A stretch of 32,197 bases of DNA, taken from a bacterium. GTDB lineage: Bacteria; UBA9089; CG2-30-40-21; SBAY01. The DNA is taken from NCBI GenBank assembly GCA_040754115.1, contig JBFMDD010000032.1, positions 1-32,197 on the forward strand, written 5' to 3'. The notes beneath the pieces are model-generated. The model did no database searches. It saw nothing but the letters and a program-made list of their open reading frames with translations, and had not been told where the DNA came from. Below, piece by piece: positions 9,761-17,481 of the stretch. The position numbers were made by a program, and so were the translations under genes. How positions within the stretch are numbered: position 1 is the stretch's first letter; the number at the start of each line of letters is the position of its first letter.

Positions 9761-10008
9761 GACTTTTAGTTATGATGCGGTTTTGGGAGAGTTTTGGGTG
9801 ATAAAAGATGCTAAAGTGAAAAAAAAAGAGATAATTTGCTTAGTTGACATCAAGAGGAGTATAAGCATTCAGTAAAGTGGTATGTTGCATTTTAAACCGT
9901 AACTTCACACCAAAGTTTTGCACGAAATCGAATCTATCATACTTTTATCACACTATTGCTTTTTATAAGCCACAGATGGACACAGAATTACACAGATAAT
10001 AACTAAAT

Positions 10009-10271
10009 GTAAGCGTTCAGGTGTAAGTAAGGGAAAATGGAAGAGCAGGGAAAAAGGGGAAAAATATTAAAGAATTTGGAACGGTTCACTTTTGTTTGAA
10101 AGTTTGCGGAAAGAAAAGAGAGTTGAAATTCGAAATTAGAAATTAGGGAGAGGACTGAAGACCTAATTTCTAATTTCCAATTTCTAATTTCTGCAAGAAA
10201 TCATAGGAAAAACGATAAAATGAGCCGTCCCTAAATTTCCCATTTTCCCTTCATTACACCTGAACGGTTAC
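10009..10271 (-). mobile_element. MITE-like nested repeat, copy B (inverted relative to copy A)
   Basis: It starts GTAAGCGTTCAGGTGTAAGTAAGGGAAAA and ends TTTTCCCTTCATTACACCTGAACGGTTAC. The inner core spans about 10078-10231, with its heptamer hairpin at 10124-10192 (GAAATTAGAAATTAGG / CCTAATTTCTAATTTC). The element ends 20 nt before the -35 box of the VWA gene promoter. Confidence 0.8.
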
Positions 10272-10290
10272 AAAAATATTTTTATAACAC

Positions 10291-10319
10291 TTGACATGTG
10301 AGTAAATTTTTGGTATATT
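10291..10319 (+). promoter_or_regulatory. Sigma70-type promoter TTGACA-17-TATATT for the VWA/TPR pair
   Basis: TTGACA is at 10291-10296, followed by the 17-nt spacer tgtgagtaaatttttgg and TATATT at 10314-10319. The SD AAGGAGG (10332-10338) and ATG 10340 follow. The promoter lies inside the track ORF that starts at 10298, which argues against that start. Confidence 0.65.
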
Positions 10320-10339
10320 TCTATAAAAGTCAAGGAGGT

Positions 10340-11401
10340 ATGATGAATTTAGATAGATTATTTGCTCAACCAGAATATTTAGTAATATTAGCTGCTGTGC
10401 CTATTTTAATATTATTTTATATAGTTGTGTTTAAGCAGAAAAAGAAAGCATTAGCTAAATTTGGCAATTTAGAACTGATACAAAAAATGTCTCAGTCTGC
10501 AAGCTATAACCGCCAGAAAATAAAGGTTATCCTAATTATACTCACTTTTATTTTATTGATAATTGCGTTATCAAGACCTCAAATAGGGACCAAATTAGGC
10601 ATAATAAAGAGGAAAGGTATTGATATGATTTTAGCTATTGATACTTCTTTTAGTATGATGGCAGAGGATATTAAACCCAATAGATTAGAAAAGGCAAAAC
10701 AGGAGGTAAGCAGATTGATTGATAAATTAAAAGGAGATAGGGTAGGTTTGGTTACCTTTGCAGGTAAAAGTTTTGTTCAATGCCCATTGACTCTTGATTA
10801 CAGTGTGGCTAAAATGTTATTAGATGGGATCGATATAAATACCATTCCTGTTCAAGGCACTGCTATTGGAGATGCAATAAGATGTGCAACTAATGCCTTT
10901 GTTAAAAAAGAACGAAAGCATAAGGTGCTAATTTTACTTACTGACGGAGAAGACCATGACAGCAATCCTATTCAAGCAGCTAAAGAGGCTAAAAAAGAAG
11001 GGGTGAAAATCTATCCTGTTGGGATAGGCTCTACAAAAGGAGAACCCATTCCAATAAAAACTCCAGATGGGCAGATTGAAGAATATAAAAAAGATTCTTC
11101 TGGCGAGATTGTTATGAGTAAATTAGATGAAATTACATTAGAAAAGATTGCACTCATCACTGATGGAAAATACTACCATGTTACCTATGGTGAGATTGAA
11201 TTAGATAAAATATACAAGGATATATCAAAAATGGAAAAAAAGGAACTTCGGACTAAACAATATACTCAATATGAAGATAGATTCCAATATTTCCTAATGG
11301 GAGCATTAATTTTATTGGTATTAGAGATGGCTATAAGTGATAGAAAGAGAGTAAAAAAAGGAAATTTGATAACTGAACGATTAATTGGAGGTCAATGGTG
11401 A
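10340..11401 (+). CDS. von Willebrand factor A domain membrane protein (BatA/BatB-like)
   Basis: The MIDAS motif DMILAIDTSFSM and LLTDGEDH are present. There is an N-terminal TM pair (FAQPEYLVILAAVPILILFYIV) and a C-terminal TM, as in Bacteroides aerotolerance BatA/BatB. The start was moved to ATG 10340, which is in frame and preceded by AAGGAGG. Confidence 0.8.
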   Translation: MMNLDRLFAQPEYLVILAAVPILILFYIVVFKQKKKALAKFGNLELIQKMSQSASYNRQKIKVILIILTFILLIIALSRPQIGTKLGIIKRKGIDMILAIDTSFSMMAEDIKPNRLEKAKQEVSRLIDKLKGDRVGLVTFAGKSFVQCPLTLDYSVAKMLLDGIDINTIPVQGTAIGDAIRCATNAFVKKERKHKVLILLTDGEDHDSNPIQAAKEAKKEGVKIYPVGIGSTKGEPIPIKTPDGQIEEYKKDSSGEIVMSKLDEITLEKIALITDGKYYHVTYGEIELDKIYKDISKMEKKELRTKQYTQYEDRFQYFLMGALILLVLEMAISDRKRVKKGNLITERLIGGQW

Positions 11402-12054
11402 ATAGTTTATGTATTAAGGTATTTATTTTAATTACTTCCTTTCTCTTTATAGGATTTGGGGATAGCCTTACTTCTAAGAACAAGGCTGGAAATAAACTTT
11501 ATGAGCAAGGGAAATATGATGAGGCATTGGCTAAATATCGCGATGCACAACTTGATGAACCTGAATCACAGGAACTATATTTTAATATAGGTGATATTTT
11601 ATATAAAAAGCAAAGGTATGAAGAGGCAATTAAAGAGTATCAAAAGGTACTAACAAGTAAAGATACTCTCCTGCAAGCTAAAACTTATTATAATATTGGT
11701 AATTGTCAATACAGAGCTGGTAAATTAGTCGATGCAATTACCTCTTACAAAAAATCATTAGAGATTAACCCGAATGATTTAGAGGTAAAGTATAATTTAG
11801 AGTTTGTGCGTAAGAAGTTAAAAGAATTAGCACAAAAACAACAAGAGAAAAAACAGTCAGCCCAAGCCGATAAGCAAAAACAAAATGAGGAAAGAAAGAG
11901 AGGGAAACAAGTCCAAAAAGAAAAAGACAAAAAGAAGATGTCTAAAGAAGATGCTAAACGAATATTAGAGGCTTTGGAAGAGGATGAAAAGGATGCTCAA
12001 AAGCGCAAGCAACTACAAATGAGTGGTGCTAAACAGGTAGAAAAAGATTGGTAG
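11395..12054 (+). CDS. TPR repeat protein with Lys/Glu-rich tail (BatC-like)
   Basis: It has a signal/TM N-terminus, three TPR units (ALAKYRDAQLDEP, AIKEYQKVL, AITSYKKSLEINP), and a charged tail (QQEKKQSAQADKQKQNEERKRGKQVQKEKDKKK). The ATG overlaps the VWA stop (ATGGTGA), and GGAGG lies upstream. Confidence 0.75.
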   Translation: MVNSLCIKVFILITSFLFIGFGDSLTSKNKAGNKLYEQGKYDEALAKYRDAQLDEPESQELYFNIGDILYKKQRYEEAIKEYQKVLTSKDTLLQAKTYYNIGNCQYRAGKLVDAITSYKKSLEINPNDLEVKYNLEFVRKKLKELAQKQQEKKQSAQADKQKQNEERKRGKQVQKEKDKKKMSKEDAKRILEALEEDEKDAQKRKQLQMSGAKQVEKDW

Positions 12055-12055
12055 A

Positions 12056-12231
12056 GACGGTTCATTTTATCGTTTTTCCTATGATTTCTCTCGGATATTT
12101 ATTTGTAAGCGTCCACAGAAAATTGAAATTGGAAATTAGAAATTGGGCTTTTACTTCTCTCCCTAATTTCTAATTTCCAATTTCAACTCTCTTTTCTATC
12201 CGCAAGCTTTCAAACAAAAGTGAACCGTCCC
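12056..12231 (+). mobile_element. MITE-like core element, copy C (core only, same orientation as A)
   Basis: The ends are GACGGTTCATTTT (12056-12068) and AAAGTGAACCGTCCC (12217-12231), which are inverted. The hairpin spans 12125-12184, built from GAAATTG/GAAATTA units against TAATTTC/CAATTTC units. The element starts 2 nt after the TAG stop of the TPR gene. Confidence 0.8.
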
Positions 12232-12240
12232 GATTGGTAG

Positions 12241-12390
12241 TTATCTCTTTTTATAATCAGGACAAAGTGTAGCATTGGGGCGTTCTGGTCTTTGACAGGC
12301 AGTACGATAATCATACTTACAACTATCACATAAAAATGGGTATCCTTTTAAAAATTGTGTAATCCGTTGCCAAATCATCTTAAAATTCAT
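12241..12390 (-). CDS. Small 49-aa four-cysteine protein (not in the ORF track): MNFKMIWQRITQFLKGYPFLCDSCKYDYRTACQRPERPNATLCPDYKKR
   Basis: I translated this by hand from the minus strand: ATG at 12390 and TAA at 12243-12241. The Cys pattern C-x2-C-x7-C-x11-C is zinc-ribbon-like. A consensus promoter ends 7 nt upstream of the ATG. My recollection of similar small CxxC..C..RP..RP..C..Y proteins in other bacteria is vague and unverified. Confidence 0.5.
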   Translation of the reverse strand: MNFKMIWQRITQFLKGYPFLCDSCKYDYRTACQRPERPNATLCPDYKKR

Positions 12391-12397
12391 ATTGAAA

Positions 12398-12426
12398 ATT
12401 ATAGCATAGATATGTTAAAATATCAA
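12398..12426 (-). promoter_or_regulatory. Sigma70-type promoter TTGATA-17-TATAAT, 7 nt upstream of ATG 12390 (leaderless-type)
   Basis: The minus strand reads TTGATA (12426-12421), the 17-nt spacer ttttaacatatctatgc, TATAAT (12403-12398), tttcaat, then ATG. Confidence 0.6.
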
Positions 12427-12440
12427 CTTGAATTTTTGAT

Positions 12441-12484
12441 GGTGTCTGACAATAGTTATAGTTATACTCAACACCGTTACAAAT
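12441..12484 (+). repeat. Short dispersed module GGTGTCTGACAA ... CGTTACAAAT (copy 2)
   Basis: GGTGTCTGACAA is at 12441-12452 and CGTTACAAAT at 12475-12484. It directly abuts MITE-like copy D. Confidence 0.6.
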
Positions 12485-12496
12485 TGCGATTTTAGA

Positions 12497-12643
12497 AACG
12501 GCTCACTTTAGCGTGAAAGCTTGCGGTTAAAAAATGGATATGAAATTAGAAATTGGGGAAAGAGGTGAAGACCTAATTTCCAATTTCTAATTTCTAATTT
12601 CCAAAGGAAATCACAGGGAAAAACGATGAAAATAAACCGTCCC
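12497..12643 (-). mobile_element. MITE-like core element, copy D (core only, inverted relative to C)
   Basis: It runs AACGGCTCACTTT ... AAATAAACCGTCCC. The hairpin spans 12542-12602 (GAAATTAGAAATTGGGG / CCTAATTTCCAATTTCTAATTTCTAATTTCC). The flank GCGGTTAAAAAATGGATA (12523-12540) recurs at 32169-32185. Confidence 0.75.
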
Positions 12644-12646
12644 TAA

Positions 12647-12676
12647 ATAGCTCAGTTAATGGCAGTGTTCAGTATA
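12647..12676 (+). repeat. Short dispersed module ATAGCTCAGTTAATGGCAGTGTYCRGTATA (copy 1)
   Basis: 12647-12676 matches the reverse complement of 31935-31963, with 2 mismatches that I can see. Confidence 0.6.
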
Positions 12677-12717
12677 TCTTTTTTATTTTGAGGTTAAACA
12701 AAGGAAGGGGTATAAAT

Positions 12718-13278
12718 ATGAAAATAAAAGTTGGTGTTATGGGAACTTCTGAAGGAGAATTAGACCCAGAGGTAGCCAAAAGAGCATATATATTAGGAAA
12801 GGAAATAGCTAGAAGAGGTTGTGCTTTACTTACTGGTGGGTGTCCTGGTTTACCTTATGAAGCTACTAAAGGTGCCAAGGCATGCGGTGGTATGACTATT
12901 GGTATTTCTCCTGCCCTAACATTAGAGGAGCATATTCAAACATACCACTCGCCGGCAGAAGAGATTGATGTAATGATTTATACTGGCAGTGGTTTAATGG
13001 GGCGAGAGGTAACTGCTGTCCGCTCTTGTGACATTGTGATTATTGTCGGAGGACGCTCTGGGACGCTAGGGGAATTTGCAATTGCATATGATGAAGGCAA
13101 ACTTATTGGCGTGTTAGAAGGAAGTGGTGGCATTGCAGATGAAATTAAGAACTTTGTTGGGATTATCACAAAAACCACTGGCTCAAAAATTATTTATAGC
13201 CATAACCCAGTAGAGTTAATTACAAAATTATTAGAAGTTTATAACAAGGAGGCTTCTAGAATTGAAAGGAGGTTATGA
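12718..13278 (+). CDS. TIGR00725-type LOG/SLOG (DprA/Smf-like Rossmann fold) family protein
   Basis: The pattern MKIKVGVMGTSEG..A..LGKEIARRGCALLTGGCPGLPYEATKGAKACGGMTIGISP ... IVIIVGGRSGTLGEF matches the TIGR00725/LOG superfamily. The start was set at ATG 12718 after the SD GGAAGGGG (12703-12710) rather than the track TTG at 12688. Confidence 0.7.
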   Translation: MKIKVGVMGTSEGELDPEVAKRAYILGKEIARRGCALLTGGCPGLPYEATKGAKACGGMTIGISPALTLEEHIQTYHSPAEEIDVMIYTGSGLMGREVTAVRSCDIVIIVGGRSGTLGEFAIAYDEGKLIGVLEGSGGIADEIKNFVGIITKTTGSKIIYSHNPVELITKLLEVYNKEASRIERRL

Positions 13279-13523
13279 TGGCGGAGATAGTTGTAAAAGT
13301 TAATTTGGAGGCATTACCTGAAGGCGGATTTTTAGCTACCAGTGATTCTTTACCAGGACTAATTGCTCAAGGACGAACTATATCTGAGACAATAGAGATT
13401 GCTCAGGATGTTGCCAGGAAACTTATTGAATCCTATAAGGAACATGGAGACCCACTTCCTGAAGAATTACAACCTGTTCCTGTACAAAGAGCAGAACTTC
13501 AAATACCTGTCGGAGTCGCATAA
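13275..13523 (+). CDS. hicB: HicB-like antitoxin (short UPF0150-type form, no obvious DNA-binding extension)
   Basis: The core GGFLATSDSLPGLIAQGRTISETIEIAQDVARKLIESYKEHGDPLP is HicB/UPF0150-like. The protein is 82 aa. Its ATG overlaps the stop of the upstream gene (ATGA), and the SD GGAGG is upstream. Confidence 0.75.
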   Translation: MMAEIVVKVNLEALPEGGFLATSDSLPGLIAQGRTISETIEIAQDVARKLIESYKEHGDPLPEELQPVPVQRAELQIPVGVA

Positions 13524-13747
13524 TGGGCAGACTTTCTGGTTTTCGTTATGCTGATATTATCCATAAATTGCAAAGAGTAGGTTTTGTTTTTGACCGCCAT
13601 GCAAAAGGAAGTCATGAAATTTGGTGGAATCCAGAAAACCGAACAAGAACAACTATTCCTAATCATCCAGGTGATATACCTGAAGGTACAGTCAGAGCAA
13701 TTGTGAGAGGAGCGGGGTTGTCTATGGAAGAATTTTTATCGCTATAA
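13523..13747 (+). CDS. hicA: HicA family mRNA interferase toxin
   Basis: The pattern L..GF....AKGSHEIWWNP...RTTIPNHPGDIPEGTVRAIVRGAGLSMEEF is HicA-like (the GSH motif with the catalytic His). Its start overlaps the hicB stop (TAATG). Confidence 0.8.
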   Translation: MGRLSGFRYADIIHKLQRVGFVFDRHAKGSHEIWWNPENRTRTTIPNHPGDIPEGTVRAIVRGAGLSMEEFLSL

Positions 13748-13807
13748 AATAGAGATTTGAGGAAGCCTGAAGACGATTTGGAAAAGGAGGAAGTGCTTGC
13801 ATTAAAG

Positions 13808-15190
13808 CTATTTCCCTATACAAAACTTAGAAAATATCTCATCTAAAATATCTTCTGTTACCGTCTCGCCTACTATCAATCCAAGATTATTAAGTAATTC
13901 CCGTAGGTCTATTGCAACAAACTCAAAAGAAAGATTATTCTCAATAGCATTTACAGCAGTATTTATGTTTTTAAGAGAGGATTTAAGTGCCTCTTTATGT
14001 CTAAGATTAGTAATTATAAGCTCATCAGTTGATAGCACCTTGCCCGCAAAGAATATTTCTTTAATAGTCTTTTTTAGCTCATTTAATCCAATTCCTTGAG
14101 TAGCACTAATATTTATAATTGGTTTATCAGGGAGGTATTTTTTAATCTTATCCAATTCAACCAATTGAGGTAAATCAAATTTATTGATTATAAGGATGGT
14201 TTCTTTATCCTTTAATTCATCCATAATTTTAATATCATCTGAGGTAATATTTTCCGAACCATCCATGACGAATATAACCAAATCTGCCTGTTTTAAAGCC
14301 TCTTTTGCCCGCTTTACCCCTTCTTCTTCAACTATATCTACTGTATGGCGCAGTCCTGCAGTATCTACTACCTTCAAAGGTATCCCTTCAATATCAATCA
14401 TTTCTTCAATTGCATCTCGTGTAGTACCAGGTATGTGAGTAACAATTGCCCGTGGCTGGCCAACCAGTGCATTTAGCAAACTTGACTTACCTACATTAGG
14501 ACGACCTATAATAGTAGTAATTATTCCCTGGTGTAGGATTTTGCCATACTTAGCATTTTCAATTAGTTGTTCAATGTGCTTTTTACTCTTATTTAATCTA
14601 TCCAAAATCTCATAAATGGATACCAATTCAATATCTTCTTCATAAAAGTCAATAGAGGCCTCCAACTCTGCCAACAAAGAGACAATCTCTTTGCGCAGAT
14701 TAGATATTTCTTTATACATGTTACCTGATAGTTGTGATAGTGCAACTTTAGCTGCTAAATCTGTTTTTGCACGAATTAATTCAACTACCGCCTCAGCTTG
14801 TGATAAATCAATCCTACCATTTAAAAATGCTCGTCTGGTAAACTCACCTGGCTCTGCTAATCGTGCCCCTGATGATAAAACTATCTCCAAAATCCTATTT
14901 AATGGAATAATTCCCCCATGTGCATTTATCTCAACTATATCCTCGCAAGTGTAACTTTTTGGAGCACGCATTATCGACAGAAGAACTGAATCAACTACTT
15001 CAAAGGTAGCAGGGTCGATTATCTCGCCATAATGTATAGTATGAGATAGAAATTTGGATACCTTATCTTTTCCTCTAAATATTTTATCCGCTATCTCGAC
15101 AGCCTTTTTGCCACTTAATCTAACAATTCCAATTCCACCCTCGCCTAAAGGTGTAGAAATAGCTGCAATAGTATCATTTAACATAGACAT
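13808..15190 (-). CDS. mnmE: tRNA uridine-5-carboxymethylaminomethyl modification GTPase MnmE
   Basis: GTPase motifs are G1 GRPNVGKSSLLNAL, G3 DTAGLR and G4 NKFD. The C-terminal FCIGK motif and N-terminal TIAAISTP are present. It sits in the conserved position after jag. Confidence 0.95.
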   Translation of the reverse strand: MSMLNDTIAAISTPLGEGGIGIVRLSGKKAVEIADKIFRGKDKVSKFLSHTIHYGEIIDPATFEVVDSVLLSIMRAPKSYTCEDIVEINAHGGIIPLNRILEIVLSSGARLAEPGEFTRRAFLNGRIDLSQAEAVVELIRAKTDLAAKVALSQLSGNMYKEISNLRKEIVSLLAELEASIDFYEEDIELVSIYEILDRLNKSKKHIEQLIENAKYGKILHQGIITTIIGRPNVGKSSLLNALVGQPRAIVTHIPGTTRDAIEEMIDIEGIPLKVVDTAGLRHTVDIVEEEGVKRAKEALKQADLVIFVMDGSENITSDDIKIMDELKDKETILIINKFDLPQLVELDKIKKYLPDKPIINISATQGIGLNELKKTIKEIFFAGKVLSTDELIITNLRHKEALKSSLKNINTAVNAIENNLSFEFVAIDLRELLNNLGLIVGETVTEDILDEIFSKFCIGK

Positions 15191-15191
15191 C

Positions 15192-15830
15192 TTATTTAGG
15201 TAATATAACCACTCTTCTCTCTATTCCATCTCCTCTGCTTTGCGTAAATACCTTAGGATGATCTTGTAATGTTGAATGAATAATATATCTTTCTTGAGGA
15301 ATCATCGGTTCTAATTCAATCTCCTTTCTTGTCCTAATGACATCTTGAGCTGATTTCTTCGCTAAATTGATTAGCACCTCACTTCGTCTCCGACGGTAAT
15401 CTTCACTATCTAAAACAATCCTTTTTCTAATCTCAACTGCACTTCTACTAACTAATAGTGTAATAATATCCTGTAGGGCATTAAGAGTTTGTCCGCGTTT
15501 CCCAATTAAAACAGCCGCATCTTCAGTTTTAATGTCTAAGTTTATAGTATCTTCTGTCTCTTTTACTACTATCCCTGCTTTTATATTCATTAGCTCTAAA
15601 ATTTTATTTAATATCTTAACACTTACGCTTTTTAAATCCCCATTTTCATTATTCTGAAGTAGCTTTACCTTCACCTTAACCGACTTTACTGTTCCAAAGC
15701 CAAATAATCCTTTACTCTCGCTTTCTTCCATAATCTCAATTTTTACTTGCTCTTTTGATGCATGTAATTTTTTCAATGCTTTCTCAACAGCTTCATCTAC
15801 TGTCTTCCCCTCTTCCTCTACAAATTTCAT
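15192..15830 (-). CDS. jag: Jag/KhpB RNA-binding protein (Jag_N, KH, R3H)
   Basis: It has the Jag_N-like start GKTVDEAVEKALKKL, the KH-like IGKRGQTLNALQ, and the R3H-like C-terminus ERYIIHSTLQDHPKVFTQSRGDG. It shows synteny with yidC. Confidence 0.9.
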   Translation of the reverse strand: MKFVEEEGKTVDEAVEKALKKLHASKEQVKIEIMEESESKGLFGFGTVKSVKVKVKLLQNNENGDLKSVSVKILNKILELMNIKAGIVVKETEDTINLDIKTEDAAVLIGKRGQTLNALQDIITLLVSRSAVEIRKRIVLDSEDYRRRRSEVLINLAKKSAQDVIRTRKEIELEPMIPQERYIIHSTLQDHPKVFTQSRGDGIERRVVILPK

Positions 15831-15840
15831 ATTTCACCTC

Positions 15841-17460
15841 CTATTTCTCTATTCCTTTATTAATTAAATACTGCTCAGCGATAGTAAGTATATTTTGAAT
15901 CAACCAGTATAAAACTAACCCGGTTGGGAAACCCAAAAAGACAAATGTAAATAATATAGTCATCATCATACCCATTTTAGCCTGCTTGGGGTCTGCCGCA
16001 GGAGTCATCTTTTGTTGTAAAAACATAGTAGCACCCATTAGAATTGGCAGTATATAAAGTGGGTCTTTTGCAGATAAATCCTGCCAGATAAGAAAACTTG
16101 CCCCTCTTAATTCTATACATTGTTTCAAGGCAGTAAATAAGGCAAAGAATACCGGCATTTGCAGTACTAATGGCAAACAACCTCCTAATGGATTAACCTT
16201 ATATCTTTTATAAAGTTCCATCATTTCACGATTTAAGCTTTCTTTATCATCTTTATGTTTTTCTTTTAATTTCTCTAATTCAGGCTGAAGTACCTTCATC
16301 TTTTTTTGCATATCCTTCATCATTACAAAATTTTTCTTAGTCAATGGATGTAATATAATTTTAATAATAATTGTTAATAAAATAATAGAAATACCATAAT
16401 TATGTGTCAATCCATACAGTTTTTTTAAAGTCCAGAGTACTACCCCAGCTAAACTACCTATTCCCGTTAATCTTTCTGCTCCAAAGGCTAATGATTTTAG
16501 AATATCTCCATCTTTGGGGCCACCATAAACCTTAAATTTAAAAGAAGCACTTTGACCAGGTAAAATATCTATTTTGTGAATAACTAAATTCATTATTAAC
16601 TCTCCATCTATCTTCTTTGTAAAAACGGCTCTTTCAACAAACTCATTTGGCAGTAAGATATTTAAGAAATATTGACTATCCTGAGCTATCCAACTAATCT
16701 TACCTTCTTTTACCCTTACAGAATCCTCTGGATGTCCAGATGGTATTAATCCTATTGTAGCTAAAACTCCATCTAATAATCCCTTCACTTTATGTTTAAT
16801 CTTCTCCATTTTACCATCAATAAAACATTCCTGGTCAAGTATGATAGAATGAGAAGCGGTAGCATAATAAGGATTAGCTGGCGATTCCCACTCCAAAGTT
16901 ACATCCTGGTCTTTCAAAGGAACTTCTGAATTGTTCACTACTGTTATATTTACATCTATAGCATATGAATCAGGATAAGAATAAAATTGTTTGATTATTT
17001 TTACTTGAGGCATTTCCAAGTTTGTATAAACAAATTCTCTTGCTCCATTTAATGTAGAAAAACCAATTGGAGTAAGCTCTTTATTACCTAATAAAATCCT
17101 TAAAGGATAATTTTTAGTAGGATGTACTAATTCTACTAACTCGTCATTTTTCTCTTTATATTTGAACAATTTCCAACTACTAATTCTTCCCTCTGAATTT
17201 AATTTTATCTTCATCAGGTTTGTGTTGAGTATTAATTCTTCTTCTTTAATTTTTAGTGTAGGTTTCTTTTTTTCTTCCAGAGGAGGGGATTGTTTGACAA
17301 TTGCTGGTGTTGGCAATGTTGGAACAGAGAAGATTTCTTCCTGTTTTACAGATTTTTTATATAATTTTTGCCTTTTTTCTGCTACCTTATAAAAATATAA
17401 ATTATATAAAAATAGTACTAAAACAGATAACACAATAGCCAATAACAATCTCTTTTCCAT
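15841..17460 (-). CDS. yidC: Membrane protein insertase YidC
   Basis: A long periplasmic N-domain is followed by the 60-kDa IMP core: GISIILLTIIIKIILHPLT, VNPLGGCLPLVLQMPVFFALF, LPILMGATMFLQQKMTP. The SD GGGAG lies upstream. Confidence 0.95.
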   Translation of the reverse strand: MEKRLLLAIVLSVLVLFLYNLYFYKVAEKRQKLYKKSVKQEEIFSVPTLPTPAIVKQSPPLEEKKKPTLKIKEEELILNTNLMKIKLNSEGRISSWKLFKYKEKNDELVELVHPTKNYPLRILLGNKELTPIGFSTLNGAREFVYTNLEMPQVKIIKQFYSYPDSYAIDVNITVVNNSEVPLKDQDVTLEWESPANPYYATASHSIILDQECFIDGKMEKIKHKVKGLLDGVLATIGLIPSGHPEDSVRVKEGKISWIAQDSQYFLNILLPNEFVERAVFTKKIDGELIMNLVIHKIDILPGQSASFKFKVYGGPKDGDILKSLAFGAERLTGIGSLAGVVLWTLKKLYGLTHNYGISIILLTIIIKIILHPLTKKNFVMMKDMQKKMKVLQPELEKLKEKHKDDKESLNREMMELYKRYKVNPLGGCLPLVLQMPVFFALFTALKQCIELRGASFLIWQDLSAKDPLYILPILMGATMFLQQKMTPAADPKQAKMGMMMTILFTFVFLGFPTGLVLYWLIQNILTIAEQYLINKGIEK

Positions 17461-17481
17461 AAGGTATTATCTCCCTTTAAT

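Noticed and set aside
9687-9875. Track ORF 9687..9875 (+, 62 aa)
   Set aside because: It has no SD and starts inside the divergent promoter region. It runs across the GGTGTCTGACAA repeat module, and I recognise no family signature.
12647-12676. tRNA-like string TAGCTCAGTTAATGG (also at 31935-31963 on the minus strand)
   Set aside because: It resembles a tRNA D-arm, but I could not build an acceptor stem, an anticodon arm or a T-arm. The GGTTCAAA near 31925 on the minus strand has no complementary 5-bp stems. I treat it as a dispersed repeat, possibly tRNA-derived.
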